Shown one piece after another: positions 36,614-45,241 of a DNA stretch of 64,000 nucleotides. The first letter of the stretch is position 1. Each line of letters opens with the position of its first letter. Origin of the DNA: Methanobacteriota archaeon (GTDB lineage: Archaea > Thermoplasmatota > Poseidoniia > Poseidoniales > Thalassarchaeaceae). The position numbers and the translations under genes were made by a program. The notes below the pieces were generated by a model. It did not search any database. It was not told the origin of the DNA and was given only the letters and a program-made list of their open reading frames with translations. The stretch spans positions 3,210 through 67,209 of the forward strand of contig WTHQ01000037.1 in the NCBI GenBank assembly GCA_011523055.1. Reading direction: 5' to 3'.

Positions 36614-38893
36614 ATGTTTCGTTTGAGCTCAGAATATGGCACGGCTGGGGACCAGCAACAAGCCATCGACATTTTGGTGGACCAAATAAGATCGGGTCAA
36701 GAGAGGTGCGTGTTGTTGGGAGTTACTGGCTCAGGCAAGACTTTCGCCATGGCTAACATAATTCAAACCCTCCAGATGCCAACATTGATTCTCTCCCATA
36801 ACAAAACACTGGCAAGGCAACTTTGGCAAGAAATGAGCGAGTTGTTTCCTGAAAACGCCGTTGAGTACTTCGTGAGTTACTACGACTACTATCAGCCAGA
36901 GGCCTATCTGCCAAATCGCGACCTGTATATCGATAAAGAGCTGCAGATGAATGAGAGGATTGAGCAGGAAAGGTTCTCCACGGTGGCCTCTCTGGTGTCT
37001 AGGCCTGACGTCATCGCAGTTGGTACCGTCTCAACAATTTACGGCCTCAATCCTCCCGAGGTTTTCCAAGATAGGCACCTCCAACTGCACGTTGGCCAAA
37101 AAATGGAGCCTAGAGAGGTCGTAAGTGAGTTGGTTGCACTCCAATACAGGAGAGTGAGCGGGGATCTGTCTAGAGGGGACATCAGACTTCGTGGGGAGGT
37201 CTTGGACATCTGGATGCCCAGCAGGGATGACCCGATTCGGGTTAGATTTGGCTGGGACGGAGTTGAGCGCCTTCAAGTGTGCGATGCGGTGAGTTGGGAG
37301 CCATTGGATGACATCGAAGAGGCATGGATACATCCTAGAGAGTTCTACATGACGGATGAAGACAGATTCGCCATCGCGCTGGAAAACATAGAATCTGAAC
37401 TTGAAGAACGTGCAACTTGGTTCGAGTCAAAAGGGATGGACCTCGAGGCACATAGAATCGAACAGAGAACAAGATTCGACCTTGAGATGCTCAGAGAGCT
37501 TGGATCTTGCAAGGGTGTAGAAAACTATTCGAGGCACTTCGATGGGAGAGATGTAGGAGATCGACCATATTGTCTATTGGACTTTTTTTCAACGAATGCT
37601 GAAAGTTTCCAAGGTGACAAGAACCGATACTTGGTAATCATGGACGAGAGCCACGTCACACTACCTCAAGTTGGAGGGATGTACGCGGGGGACCTGGCCC
37701 GGAAAAGGAATCTTGTTGATCATGGCTTCAGACTGCCCTGTGCATACGACAACAGACCGCTGAGGATAGATGAGTTTCAGGATTTGATACCCCAAATGCT
37801 CTATGTTAGCGCAACTCCGGGCGAGAGAGAATTTCGACATCTGGCCGAGGTAACTGGACAGGAAGTGCCACGAGAACTGATGCATGTCGCTTCAAAGGGA
37901 GGTGCTGGTCCAAGTGACATAGAAAAAAGGGAAGGAGGCGGCTCAATCGAGAGGCTGATTCGATCGATCGACGGAATTGCGCAGATGGAGATAAGGCCCA
38001 CAGGACTATTGGACCCGAATATCGAAGTCAGGCCAACCGAGGGTCAAGTCCAGGATCTGCTCAGTGAAATTAACAAAAGGGTTGAGCGTGATGAAAGAGT
38101 TCTCGTGACAGTCCTTACCATAAAGTTCGCAGAGGAGGTTTCAGAATACCTACTGGGTATGGGTATCAAGGCCCATTACCTCCACTCCGAAATCGATACT
38201 TTGGAGAGATCTGAGATCATCAAGGCCCTCAGGCTAGGGCACATTGATGTCATTGTCGGAATCAATCTCCTCAGAGAGGGATTGGACATACCAGAGGTGT
38301 CTCTGGTCGCGATTTTTGATGCCGGGGCGCAAGGGTTCCTGAGGAACGAACGAAGCTTGCTTCAAACCATTGGGCGTGCGGCAAGGAACTCCAACGGGAT
38401 TGTAATTCTCTATTCTGACAATATTTCACCCGCCATGGAGGGCGCCATAACACAGACCTTGGAGAGGAGGAAAAGGCAGCAAAATTACAACCATAAACAT
38501 GGCATTACCCCAACCACAATACGGAAGTCATTGCCAACTCTTGGAGAGGAATCCTCTGACCTGATAGCCGGAGTTGCTGGTCGCGGTGTGAATGGGGGAA
38601 AAAGGCTCGTTGCTAAGAAACAAGGCAGTAAGGACATCAGTTCTTTTGTCAGAAAATTCGATCTTGGGACGGGGTCTTGGTCCTCTTCTGATTCAGTGCT
38701 TGATCTGATCTCCCAACCAGAGTATGATGTGTTTGACTCGATGGATGACAGTCAGGACAGTGGTCATTCGGATAGCGACCGAATAATCAGTCGACTGGAG
38801 AGTGAGATGAGGGCTGCCGCCTCCAGGTTGGACTTTGAAAGGGCCGCTGTAATCAGGGACAGGATAACGGAGTTAAGAGAAGCGACCAATTGA
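36614..38893 (+). CDS. uvrB: Excinuclease ABC subunit B (UvrB)
   Basis: GVTGSGKTF Walker A. UvrB beta-hairpin region. Helicase motifs. C-terminal UVR domain (RLESEMRAAASRLDFERAAVIRDRITELRE) preceded by a Ser/Asp-rich low-complexity insert. 759 aa. Confidence 0.95.
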   Translation: MFRLSSEYGTAGDQQQAIDILVDQIRSGQERCVLLGVTGSGKTFAMANIIQTLQMPTLILSHNKTLARQLWQEMSELFPENAVEYFVSYYDYYQPEAYLPNRDLYIDKELQMNERIEQERFSTVASLVSRPDVIAVGTVSTIYGLNPPEVFQDRHLQLHVGQKMEPREVVSELVALQYRRVSGDLSRGDIRLRGEVLDIWMPSRDDPIRVRFGWDGVERLQVCDAVSWEPLDDIEEAWIHPREFYMTDEDRFAIALENIESELEERATWFESKGMDLEAHRIEQRTRFDLEMLRELGSCKGVENYSRHFDGRDVGDRPYCLLDFFSTNAESFQGDKNRYLVIMDESHVTLPQVGGMYAGDLARKRNLVDHGFRLPCAYDNRPLRIDEFQDLIPQMLYVSATPGEREFRHLAEVTGQEVPRELMHVASKGGAGPSDIEKREGGGSIERLIRSIDGIAQMEIRPTGLLDPNIEVRPTEGQVQDLLSEINKRVERDERVLVTVLTIKFAEEVSEYLLGMGIKAHYLHSEIDTLERSEIIKALRLGHIDVIVGINLLREGLDIPEVSLVAIFDAGAQGFLRNERSLLQTIGRAARNSNGIVILYSDNISPAMEGAITQTLERRKRQQNYNHKHGITPTTIRKSLPTLGEESSDLIAGVAGRGVNGGKRLVAKKQGSKDISSFVRKFDLGTGSWSSSDSVLDLISQPEYDVFDSMDDSQDSGHSDSDRIISRLESEMRAAASRLDFERAAVIRDRITELREATN

Positions 38894-38917
38894 AATCTTG
38901 ACCTTCGATCGAATGCC

Positions 38918-39895
38918 ATGGTGAAGTATGACCCTGAATCGTTCAACCGCCCGGTTCGTGACTATTCCTTCCAAGACATTCGGAGTCCTGACCAACTGTT
39001 CGAACAGATGTCCGAGGCAGGAGGATTCACTGCAACAAAACTGGCGAAGGCGAGGGATATCCTAGCCAAAATGTTTGAGGATTCAGAAACAGAGGGTTGT
39101 GTAAATTGGCTATCTTTTCCCGCGGCCCTTTGTGCCACAGGCACACGGGGTTTCTTCTTAGAGCTGGTTAAGAGGAAGTTGGTCCATGTTGTCATCACGA
39201 CTTGTGGGACACTGGACCATGATCTTGCGAGAACTTTCAAGGAATATTATCACGGGGACTTCAACCTCAACGACATTGCATTGGGCGAAGTCGGATTGAA
39301 TCGATTAGGAAATGTAGTGATACCAAACGAGTGTTATGGCGAAATTCTCGAACATAAGGTGCTGCCATGGTTGGAGGAAATCAGTCAAGAGCGCTCATCC
39401 AGAGGAGACTCGGCCTGGAATGGATTTGGAACTGTGGAGCTCTGTTGGGCGATCGGTGACCGTATCGAAGATGACAGTAGCATACTTCATTGGGCTGCGA
39501 AAAATAGGATACCTGTCGTTATCCCTGGAATTACAGACGGATCAATTGGTGCTCAGCTGTTCATCCACAGACAAAGGAACCCATCTTTCATGATTGATGT
39601 CCTCGCGGACGAGCAGATTTGCTCAGACATGTCTTGGACCGCATCCAAGTCTAATGGGCTGATGGTTGGTGGAGGAATCAGCAAGCATCACGTGATATGG
39701 TGGAACCAGTATAGAGGAGGATTGGATTCTGCAGTAGGGATCTCTACCGCTCCAGAATACGATGGGTCCCTTTCTGGCGCAAGACTTCGGGAAGCGATAT
39801 CTTGGGGAAAGATTCGACCTGAGGCGCCCCATGTTCTCGTCGAGGGGGAGGCTAGCCTCCTCCTGCCCCTTCTGGGATCGGCTTTGTTTCAGTGA
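38918..39895 (+). CDS. dys: Deoxyhypusine synthase
   Basis: DHS-family pattern throughout (GGFTATKLAKARDIL, VVITTCGTLDHD, MVGGGISKHHVIWWN containing the catalytic Lys region). 325 aa. Confidence 0.85.
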   Translation: MVKYDPESFNRPVRDYSFQDIRSPDQLFEQMSEAGGFTATKLAKARDILAKMFEDSETEGCVNWLSFPAALCATGTRGFFLELVKRKLVHVVITTCGTLDHDLARTFKEYYHGDFNLNDIALGEVGLNRLGNVVIPNECYGEILEHKVLPWLEEISQERSSRGDSAWNGFGTVELCWAIGDRIEDDSSILHWAAKNRIPVVIPGITDGSIGAQLFIHRQRNPSFMIDVLADEQICSDMSWTASKSNGLMVGGGISKHHVIWWNQYRGGLDSAVGISTAPEYDGSLSGARLREAISWGKIRPEAPHVLVEGEASLLLPLLGSALFQ

Positions 39896-39940
39896 GCGCC
39901 AGAGAGAACGTTCAAAGGGTGATCTACACTCCGGTGTGAT

Positions 39941-40120
39941 ATGTCTATTGCAGATATGGTACAGAAGATGATTGACGATTTGAACGAGACCATGGCAGAT
40001 GCTGTGAAGTCAGACAAGGGCAACAACGCAGCAATGACTCGCGTCAGAAAGGCTATGCAGGCCGCAAAGGGCGCAGCCCAAGATGTGCGAATGCAAATCA
40101 GCAGCATCAGAAATGGATGA
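39941..40120 (+). CDS. Possible small (59 aa) alpha-helical Lys/Ala-rich protein
   Basis: Intergenic ATG..TGA ORF below the ORF-track length cut-off. MSIADMVQKMIDDLNETMADAVKSDKGNNAAMTRVRKAMQAAKGAAQDVRMQISSIRNG. No homology claim possible. Confidence 0.25.
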   Translation: MSIADMVQKMIDDLNETMADAVKSDKGNNAAMTRVRKAMQAAKGAAQDVRMQISSIRNG

Positions 40121-40128
40121 TCAAACCA

Positions 40129-40794
40129 TCACGTAAGTGTCGCTAGGACTCTCATTATTGACAGTCTGAGTGATCCTGACGGTCTCCAGCCGTTAGGCTC
40201 CTCGCAGGCAATCATGAGATCGTTCAATCCAGATAAATCAGGTCGCTCCGTCACCGCTGGCTGAGTTGAGATGTGAATCGGAGGCTCGGAAAGGGTCTCT
40301 GGGGTATGGATTCCCATGGTAGAGGCTCTGAACCTCTTCCAGAGGTGCAGTGCCTCAGAATGCAATGCTCCGTTTTCCCATGGCCTTCTACCAGCCATCT
40401 GGATAGGATCATCGGAGCAGGGGAACAAATTACGAACAACCATGGCCCTGATAGCGTTGGCTACGTCCTGAACAGGTAGCCAGTACCTAGGTTCTGGGGG
40501 ATATACTGGAATTGGTTTGCCTGATATTGCATCTCTGATGATAGAGTGAAATAGCCCATCGCTCCAAAACACATCTTCGATATCTGTAACTACATCCCTT
40601 ACGAAAATACAGGGGCTTGAGGTTCTTTGCTGTTGGCCGTTCCTCAAAATTGAAAGGTCCCGTGCCTCGACACCGATGCCGATCTCAAGCGGATTATTGC
40701 TGCCCTCTTCTATTCTTGAGATTGAAGTCAACCTGTCTTGAATAGCTTTTTTCATCGGCCCATTTGGGCCTTTGACAATTACAGAGTATTCCAC
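40129..40794 (-). CDS. Hypothetical protein (221 aa)
   Basis: ORF-track ORF, 10 nt downstream of the aminotransferase gene. No motif recognised. Confidence 0.5.
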   Translation of the reverse strand: MEYSVIVKGPNGPMKKAIQDRLTSISRIEEGSNNPLEIGIGVEARDLSILRNGQQQRTSSPCIFVRDVVTDIEDVFWSDGLFHSIIRDAISGKPIPVYPPEPRYWLPVQDVANAIRAMVVRNLFPCSDDPIQMAGRRPWENGALHSEALHLWKRFRASTMGIHTPETLSEPPIHISTQPAVTERPDLSGLNDLMIACEEPNGWRPSGSLRLSIMRVLATLT

Positions 40795-40804
40795 CGGACC
40801 CTCC

Positions 40805-42355
40805 TCATATGTTTGCTGCTAGGATCTCCGGCTCTGATGATTCTGCCCCGAAGGACGTCAAGCATGATTCCACTATCGATACGATCATGTCAATTTCTTT
40901 GGATGTCAAGTAGAAGTGTGGGGTGAATCTTAATGCATTGCTTCCTCCATGTATGACTCCTAAACCGTGTTTTCGACACCACTGTTCTACGCCATGGGTC
41001 CCGATTACTGGAAATCGCATGGGATCTAGTTCTGCTGAGACGAGCAGGCCTGTTCCTTGTACTTGAGTTATGCAACCAGGCAGTCTACCAGAGAGGGCAA
41101 CGAGTTTGTCAACGAACTCCTTGCCACGGTTTCTGATATTCGATCTGAGGTTTGAGTCCATTCGATTCAGTACTGATATGGCTGTCTCGAGTGCCCGGGG
41201 GTTGGTTGTCATAGTATTGCCATAAACCCCAACAGCGTAGAGTTCTGATGCTCTAGCACTCATCCCGAGCACAGAGAGTGGATACTGGCCGGCATTGAGT
41301 GCCTTCGACCATGTCTCGAAGTCTGGGACCTGGCAGTCCTCAAACCCAGGATAGTCTACTATGCTCAAGCAACCCTGGCCACGGATGCCTGCTTGTATTG
41401 AATCGATGAGGATTAGCGATCCGTGTTTGTTGGCAAGAGTAATGGCATGGTCATAGAAATCCCTATCGAGCATGAGGCCGGGATTGCCCTCCCCCATCAC
41501 AGGCTCCATAGCGATTAGCTCTATGAAAGCACCTTCATTATCGGCATCTGAAAAAACATCTTTCAGGGCTTCAATATCATTTGGTGGGACGAACCTGACA
41601 TTTGATTTTCCTCTGAAAGAGGCGAGTTTCTTTTGGTATTTCGGGAGACAGGAGCTTGATATGGAAGCAGGGCGATCAGTTCGGCCGTGGAATCCGCTAT
41701 CCAACGCAACAGTCCAGATCTCCTTTCCTTCGTGCCGTCCTGATTTGTCGGTCATCAATCTGGCGTTTATGTCGGCGATCCGCATAGCAACAGTGACAGA
41801 TTCGGATCCGCTGTTCATGCAGATGAACCGATCGAATGGGCAGTCGCCTCTTGTGTGTCCAACTTCGCGCTTCAATGAGTCTGCAAATCGCTTGTGGGTC
41901 AATGATGGGGTCATGACGTTGGCCATGACATGTGATCCGGACATTGACTCCATCACCTCAGTTGGATCGTGGCCCATTCCAAGCATACCATAACCCCCAT
42001 TGTCATGAATTACAGCACCGTGGGTTGTGACTATCCATGGGCCTTTGGCCGCCAATGGGATGTATGGATTGACTGTGGATGGCTCGTAGAAATTAACGAA
42101 GTCTTTTTGCAATTCCATTGAAAATTGGGCTTCATCAAGCTCTAGCAGGAGTGTCTCCAAATCGTTGGACATTGCGTCCCTGGCGACAATTGCTTGATTC
42201 AACGCGATGTCGAGGTTGGGGTCAGAATGCAAAAAAGATTCGATCAACTCAGCGCTCAAACCACGCGTGTTTGCCATTCCTGAAGAGTTTCTCAACCGTG
42301 CGATCCTGGGGTCCATCGGACTTGGCTTAAGGGAGCGCCAAATGAAGATTCGCAA
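40805..42355 (-). CDS. PLP-dependent aminotransferase, class III (omega-aminotransferase fold) with about 95 aa N-terminal extension
   Basis: AAKGPWIVTTHGAVIHDNGGYGMLGMGHDP (glycine-rich substrate loop). SGFHGRT. DSIQAGIRGQG (the DEVQTG equivalent). WSKALNAGQYP (the PLP-Lys region). Confidence 0.8.
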   Translation of the reverse strand: MRIFIWRSLKPSPMDPRIARLRNSSGMANTRGLSAELIESFLHSDPNLDIALNQAIVARDAMSNDLETLLLELDEAQFSMELQKDFVNFYEPSTVNPYIPLAAKGPWIVTTHGAVIHDNGGYGMLGMGHDPTEVMESMSGSHVMANVMTPSLTHKRFADSLKREVGHTRGDCPFDRFICMNSGSESVTVAMRIADINARLMTDKSGRHEGKEIWTVALDSGFHGRTDRPASISSSCLPKYQKKLASFRGKSNVRFVPPNDIEALKDVFSDADNEGAFIELIAMEPVMGEGNPGLMLDRDFYDHAITLANKHGSLILIDSIQAGIRGQGCLSIVDYPGFEDCQVPDFETWSKALNAGQYPLSVLGMSARASELYAVGVYGNTMTTNPRALETAISVLNRMDSNLRSNIRNRGKEFVDKLVALSGRLPGCITQVQGTGLLVSAELDPMRFPVIGTHGVEQWCRKHGLGVIHGGSNALRFTPHFYLTSKEIDMIVSIVESCLTSFGAESSEPEILAANI

Positions 42356-42379
42356 TTCACGTTCGGAATAGTGAACATT

Positions 42380-42516
42380 TTGGAAATAAATTCAATTATA
42401 CATGTATTGAGCATTTTCCATATATTTATTTTCTTTTTTTCAATTGTAAAATTAATACAGAATACAAATTTACAATTGAAAAATTGAAATTACTTTGGAA
42501 TTGATTATATGCCGGT
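42380..42516. promoter_or_regulatory. Very AT-rich (about 20% GC) divergent intergenic region carrying a 10 bp inverted repeat CAATTGTAAA-N18-TTTACAATTG (42441..42478) and a TACATGTA palindrome. Presumed bidirectional promoter/operator for the aminotransferase and PRC-barrel genes
   Basis: Base composition and the repeats are read directly from the sequence. Genes diverge from here on both strands. Confidence 0.4.
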
Positions 42517-42573
42517 TTGTTACTCCCCAACTGTAGATCGAGGCAAGTGGGGTGTATGATCGGAGGCGAGGAC

Positions 42574-43143
42574 ATGAGCGAAAAATTGGAAATTCAAGAA
42601 TTACTGCAGAAAGAAGTTTACGTTGGAGAGACCCTTGTAGGTGTGATTGTTGGGGAAAGATTCCATCCAAGAGATGAATTCGTCAAATCAATGAGAATAC
42701 AGGTACTCGACGGGGTAGCGGAAGAATACATGCGCAAACCCGCTGACCAAGCGCCTTTACACAAGGAACTGGTTCACAGCATCAGACCAGACGGGTCCGT
42801 TAAGCTGTCAAAATCGATGAGAGAGTTGCAGAGAAGATGGAGGAACACGGTGAGGATCAACGAGCAACTCTGGGCTCCAGATGAGCTAATGGACAGGGCA
42901 GTTATGGACAATGATGGAGTCGACATAGGAAATGTGACCGACCTGATCAAGGTCAAAAGGACTTACAGAGGGGTCGTTGTAAACGTACACGGCGCATTGC
43001 AAAGGAGGATGAATTTACCTGATCAGATTGTAATTCCCGTTTCGCAATTGGGCAGAACAACTGCTTACCTTGATGAAATAATTCTCAGATGTTCAGTGAG
43101 TCGTCTGGTGACTCTCCCTAGCTACCTTCAAATGAATGACTAG
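42574..43143 (+). CDS. PRC-barrel domain protein
   Basis: ELMDRAVMDNDGVDIGNVTDLI fits the PRC-barrel core. The start is chosen at MSEKLEIQELL. The ORF-track ORF begins at 42517. Confidence 0.6.
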   Translation: MSEKLEIQELLQKEVYVGETLVGVIVGERFHPRDEFVKSMRIQVLDGVAEEYMRKPADQAPLHKELVHSIRPDGSVKLSKSMRELQRRWRNTVRINEQLWAPDELMDRAVMDNDGVDIGNVTDLIKVKRTYRGVVVNVHGALQRRMNLPDQIVIPVSQLGRTTAYLDEIILRCSVSRLVTLPSYLQMND

Positions 43144-43144
43144 A

Positions 43145-43222
43145 TGGTGGGCATGGCAGGATTTGAACCTGCGGCCTCCCGGTTATCAGCCGGGTGCTCC
43201 AGCCAAGCTAAGCTACACGCCC
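43145..43222 (-). tRNA. tRNA-Ile (anticodon GAU), CCA encoded
   Basis: Minus-strand sequence GGGCGTGTAGCTTAGCTTGGCTGGAGCACCCGGCTGATAACCGGGAGGCCGCAGGTTCAAATCCTGCCATGCCCACCA folds as a cloverleaf. 7 bp acceptor stem, D-stem GCTT/GAGC, anticodon stem CCCGG/CCGGG with loop CUGAUAA, T-arm GCAGG-TTCAAAT-CCTGC. Confidence 0.9.
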
Positions 43223-43327
43223 TGAGCGGGTGTGCGTCTGGAGGGCCTGATTTGAAGGTGCCCATCGGAGAGAGCCTCACAAGGCATCCGGCAAGGTCTT
43301 GAGTGATGGGTTGCTGGAGCGATTCAG

Positions 43328-44263
43328 ATGCCAGTCATCAGCGGCTCTTCTTGCCGCAATATCGCACTTTCTCTAGCAACGGAGCTAGGGATGCATTTCA
43401 TTCCAGCCGAGACTCGTCGCTTCCCCGACGGGGAAGGTTACCTGAAAACCCCTATCGGTGAATTTGAATCGATAAGATCTGAGCCAGTTGTGGTTGTGTC
43501 CTCAACCTTTCCAGACAATGGAATAGTTCAGACAATTATGATGCTAGCAAATGTTGGGGACATACAGCGGGGGGACTTGACCAATCTCAAAAGAGAAGGC
43601 ATTCAGAATTTGGAGGATGTTGGTAGAAGGGTGATTTTAGCAATCCCATATTACGGATATGCACGCCAAGACAAGAGGTTCTCCGCAGGCGAGGTTATCG
43701 CAGCCGGAGTGATAGCATCACACCTTTCTAATTCCTGTGACGGCATTGTTATCCTAGACATTCACGAGCCCAGAGTTCTCGAAAGTCAAGAACATCCCAT
43801 AAAGTGCGTCACAGCGGTTCCTGAAATCGCAAGCTGGCTAAAAAAAGAGGTTAATCCTGACTTCATCCTCTCTCCCGACAAAGGCGCCGTGGAACGTGCC
43901 AGCAGAGTGGCGGGATTGATCAATGTCCCTTTCAGCTATCTCGAGAAAAGGAGGATAGATGCTCACACGATAGAACACACTCCCAAGGACCTGGATGTGT
44001 CTGGAAAGGTCGTTGCAATCGTGGATGACATGATCAGCACCGGAGGCACAATCTGTAGGGCAAGTGATGCATTGAGGAGGCAAGGGGCTCGGGAAGTCCA
44101 TGCTGCATGTACTCATGGCCTGTTCACCTCGGGGGCTCTGACAAGATTGGCACAGCATGTTGATGGTGTCCACAGCACTGATTCTCTGGCGAATCCAAGA
44201 GCAGTTATCTCCGGTGCTCCAGCATTGGCCCGAGGAGTCAGGGACCTCCTGGCCATTCTGTGA
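43328..44263 (+). CDS. prs: Ribose-phosphate pyrophosphokinase (PRPP synthetase)
   Basis: PRPP-binding loop VAIVDDMISTGGTICRA. N-terminal and flexible-loop regions typical of Prs. 311 aa. Confidence 0.9.
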   Translation: MPVISGSSCRNIALSLATELGMHFIPAETRRFPDGEGYLKTPIGEFESIRSEPVVVVSSTFPDNGIVQTIMMLANVGDIQRGDLTNLKREGIQNLEDVGRRVILAIPYYGYARQDKRFSAGEVIAAGVIASHLSNSCDGIVILDIHEPRVLESQEHPIKCVTAVPEIASWLKKEVNPDFILSPDKGAVERASRVAGLINVPFSYLEKRRIDAHTIEHTPKDLDVSGKVVAIVDDMISTGGTICRASDALRRQGAREVHAACTHGLFTSGALTRLAQHVDGVHSTDSLANPRAVISGAPALARGVRDLLAIL

Positions 44264-44335
44264 AATTGTACATAGCCTGCGGTGTATTTATACAGGCCCT
44301 GTTCGGCGCAAGGCCATCGCAAGAGGAATGATCCG

Positions 44336-44716
44336 ATGACTGTACACGTAGCCTTTGAGACCCCACAAGACGTTCATGAGATAGTTTACGAAATGGTGAA
44401 AGCCCTAGGTAAGGACGGACGAGGATCGCTGAAGAAGGGTGCAAATGAAGTCACAAAAGCCGCAGAAAGGGGGACTGCAGTAATGGTCGTAATGGCTGAG
44501 GATGTAAATCCCAGTGAACTACTTGCCCACATACCCATGATATGCAGAGAGAAGTCAATCCCGTTCATGTACGTACCAGACCAAGGATACCTTGCAGAGG
44601 CGGCAGGCATGTCAGAGGGAACGAAGACTGCGGCCATCGCAGTTGTAGATGTAAAGAAGGACGGTGAAGACCGTTTCAACGAAGTCAAGGGCCACTACGA
44701 GACTCTTTCAGCGTGA
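44336..44716 (+). CDS. rpl7ae: 50S ribosomal protein L7Ae (eL8 / K-turn binding protein)
   Basis: KKGANEVTKAAERGTAVMVVMAEDVNPSELLAHIPMICREKSIPFMYV matches L7Ae. The start is set at MTVHVAFETPQD. The ORF-track start is 44282. Confidence 0.9.
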   Translation: MTVHVAFETPQDVHEIVYEMVKALGKDGRGSLKKGANEVTKAAERGTAVMVVMAEDVNPSELLAHIPMICREKSIPFMYVPDQGYLAEAAGMSEGTKTAAIAVVDVKKDGEDRFNEVKGHYETLSA

Positions 44717-44726
44717 GGTGTGAGAC

Positions 44727-44945
44727 ATGTCACAAGAATCATGGCCGGCTGAGGTTGTCGAGGTTGTTGGTAGAACTGGAATGACCGGAGAAGCAACTCA
44801 AGTTAAGGTACGAGTTAACGATGCCCCCAACCCTAGAGACATTGGAAGAATCATCACTAGGAATGTCGTTGGTCCGGTTAGGATAGGTGACGTACTAATG
44901 TTGAAGGACACAGGTCGAGAAGCCCGAAAGTTGGGCGCACGGTAA
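44727..44945 (+). CDS. rps28e: 30S ribosomal protein S28e
   Basis: [23 protein letters not shown]...[30 protein letters not shown] is the S28e signature. 72 aa. Confidence 0.9.
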   Translation: MSQESWPAEVVEVVGRTGMTGEATQVKVRVNDAPNPRDIGRIITRNVVGPVRIGDVLMLKDTGREARKLGAR

Positions 44946-44961
44946 CGAGAAGGTGTGTGCT

Positions 44962-45153
44962 ATGCCGGAAACGAGAATTTGCAGTTTCACGAAAGAAGAA
45001 ATTGAGCCGGGGACAGGGATCATGTTTGTTCGAAAAGATGGAACAGTGCTATGGTTCAGAGACTCAAAGGCAAGAAAGAATCACATCAATCTCGGACGAA
45101 ATCCTAGAAGGCTCAAGTGGACCCGAAGATACGAGAAGGGTGGAATAAAGTAA
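44962..45153 (+). CDS. rpl24e: 50S ribosomal protein L24e (zinc-ribbon cysteines largely replaced)
   Basis: [29 protein letters not shown]...[17 protein letters not shown] matches the L24e scaffold. Of the usual CxxC...CxxxC only the first Cys remains. Confidence 0.8.
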   Translation: MPETRICSFTKEEIEPGTGIMFVRKDGTVLWFRDSKARKNHINLGRNPRRLKWTRRYEKGGIK

Positions 45154-45241
45154 GGCCGTCCGATTTGATCTTGCTTAATTCATAATTTGGCATGGTCCTT
45201 TGATCGATGTCATCAAATACCGTGTTTTCTGATACCAGCCA

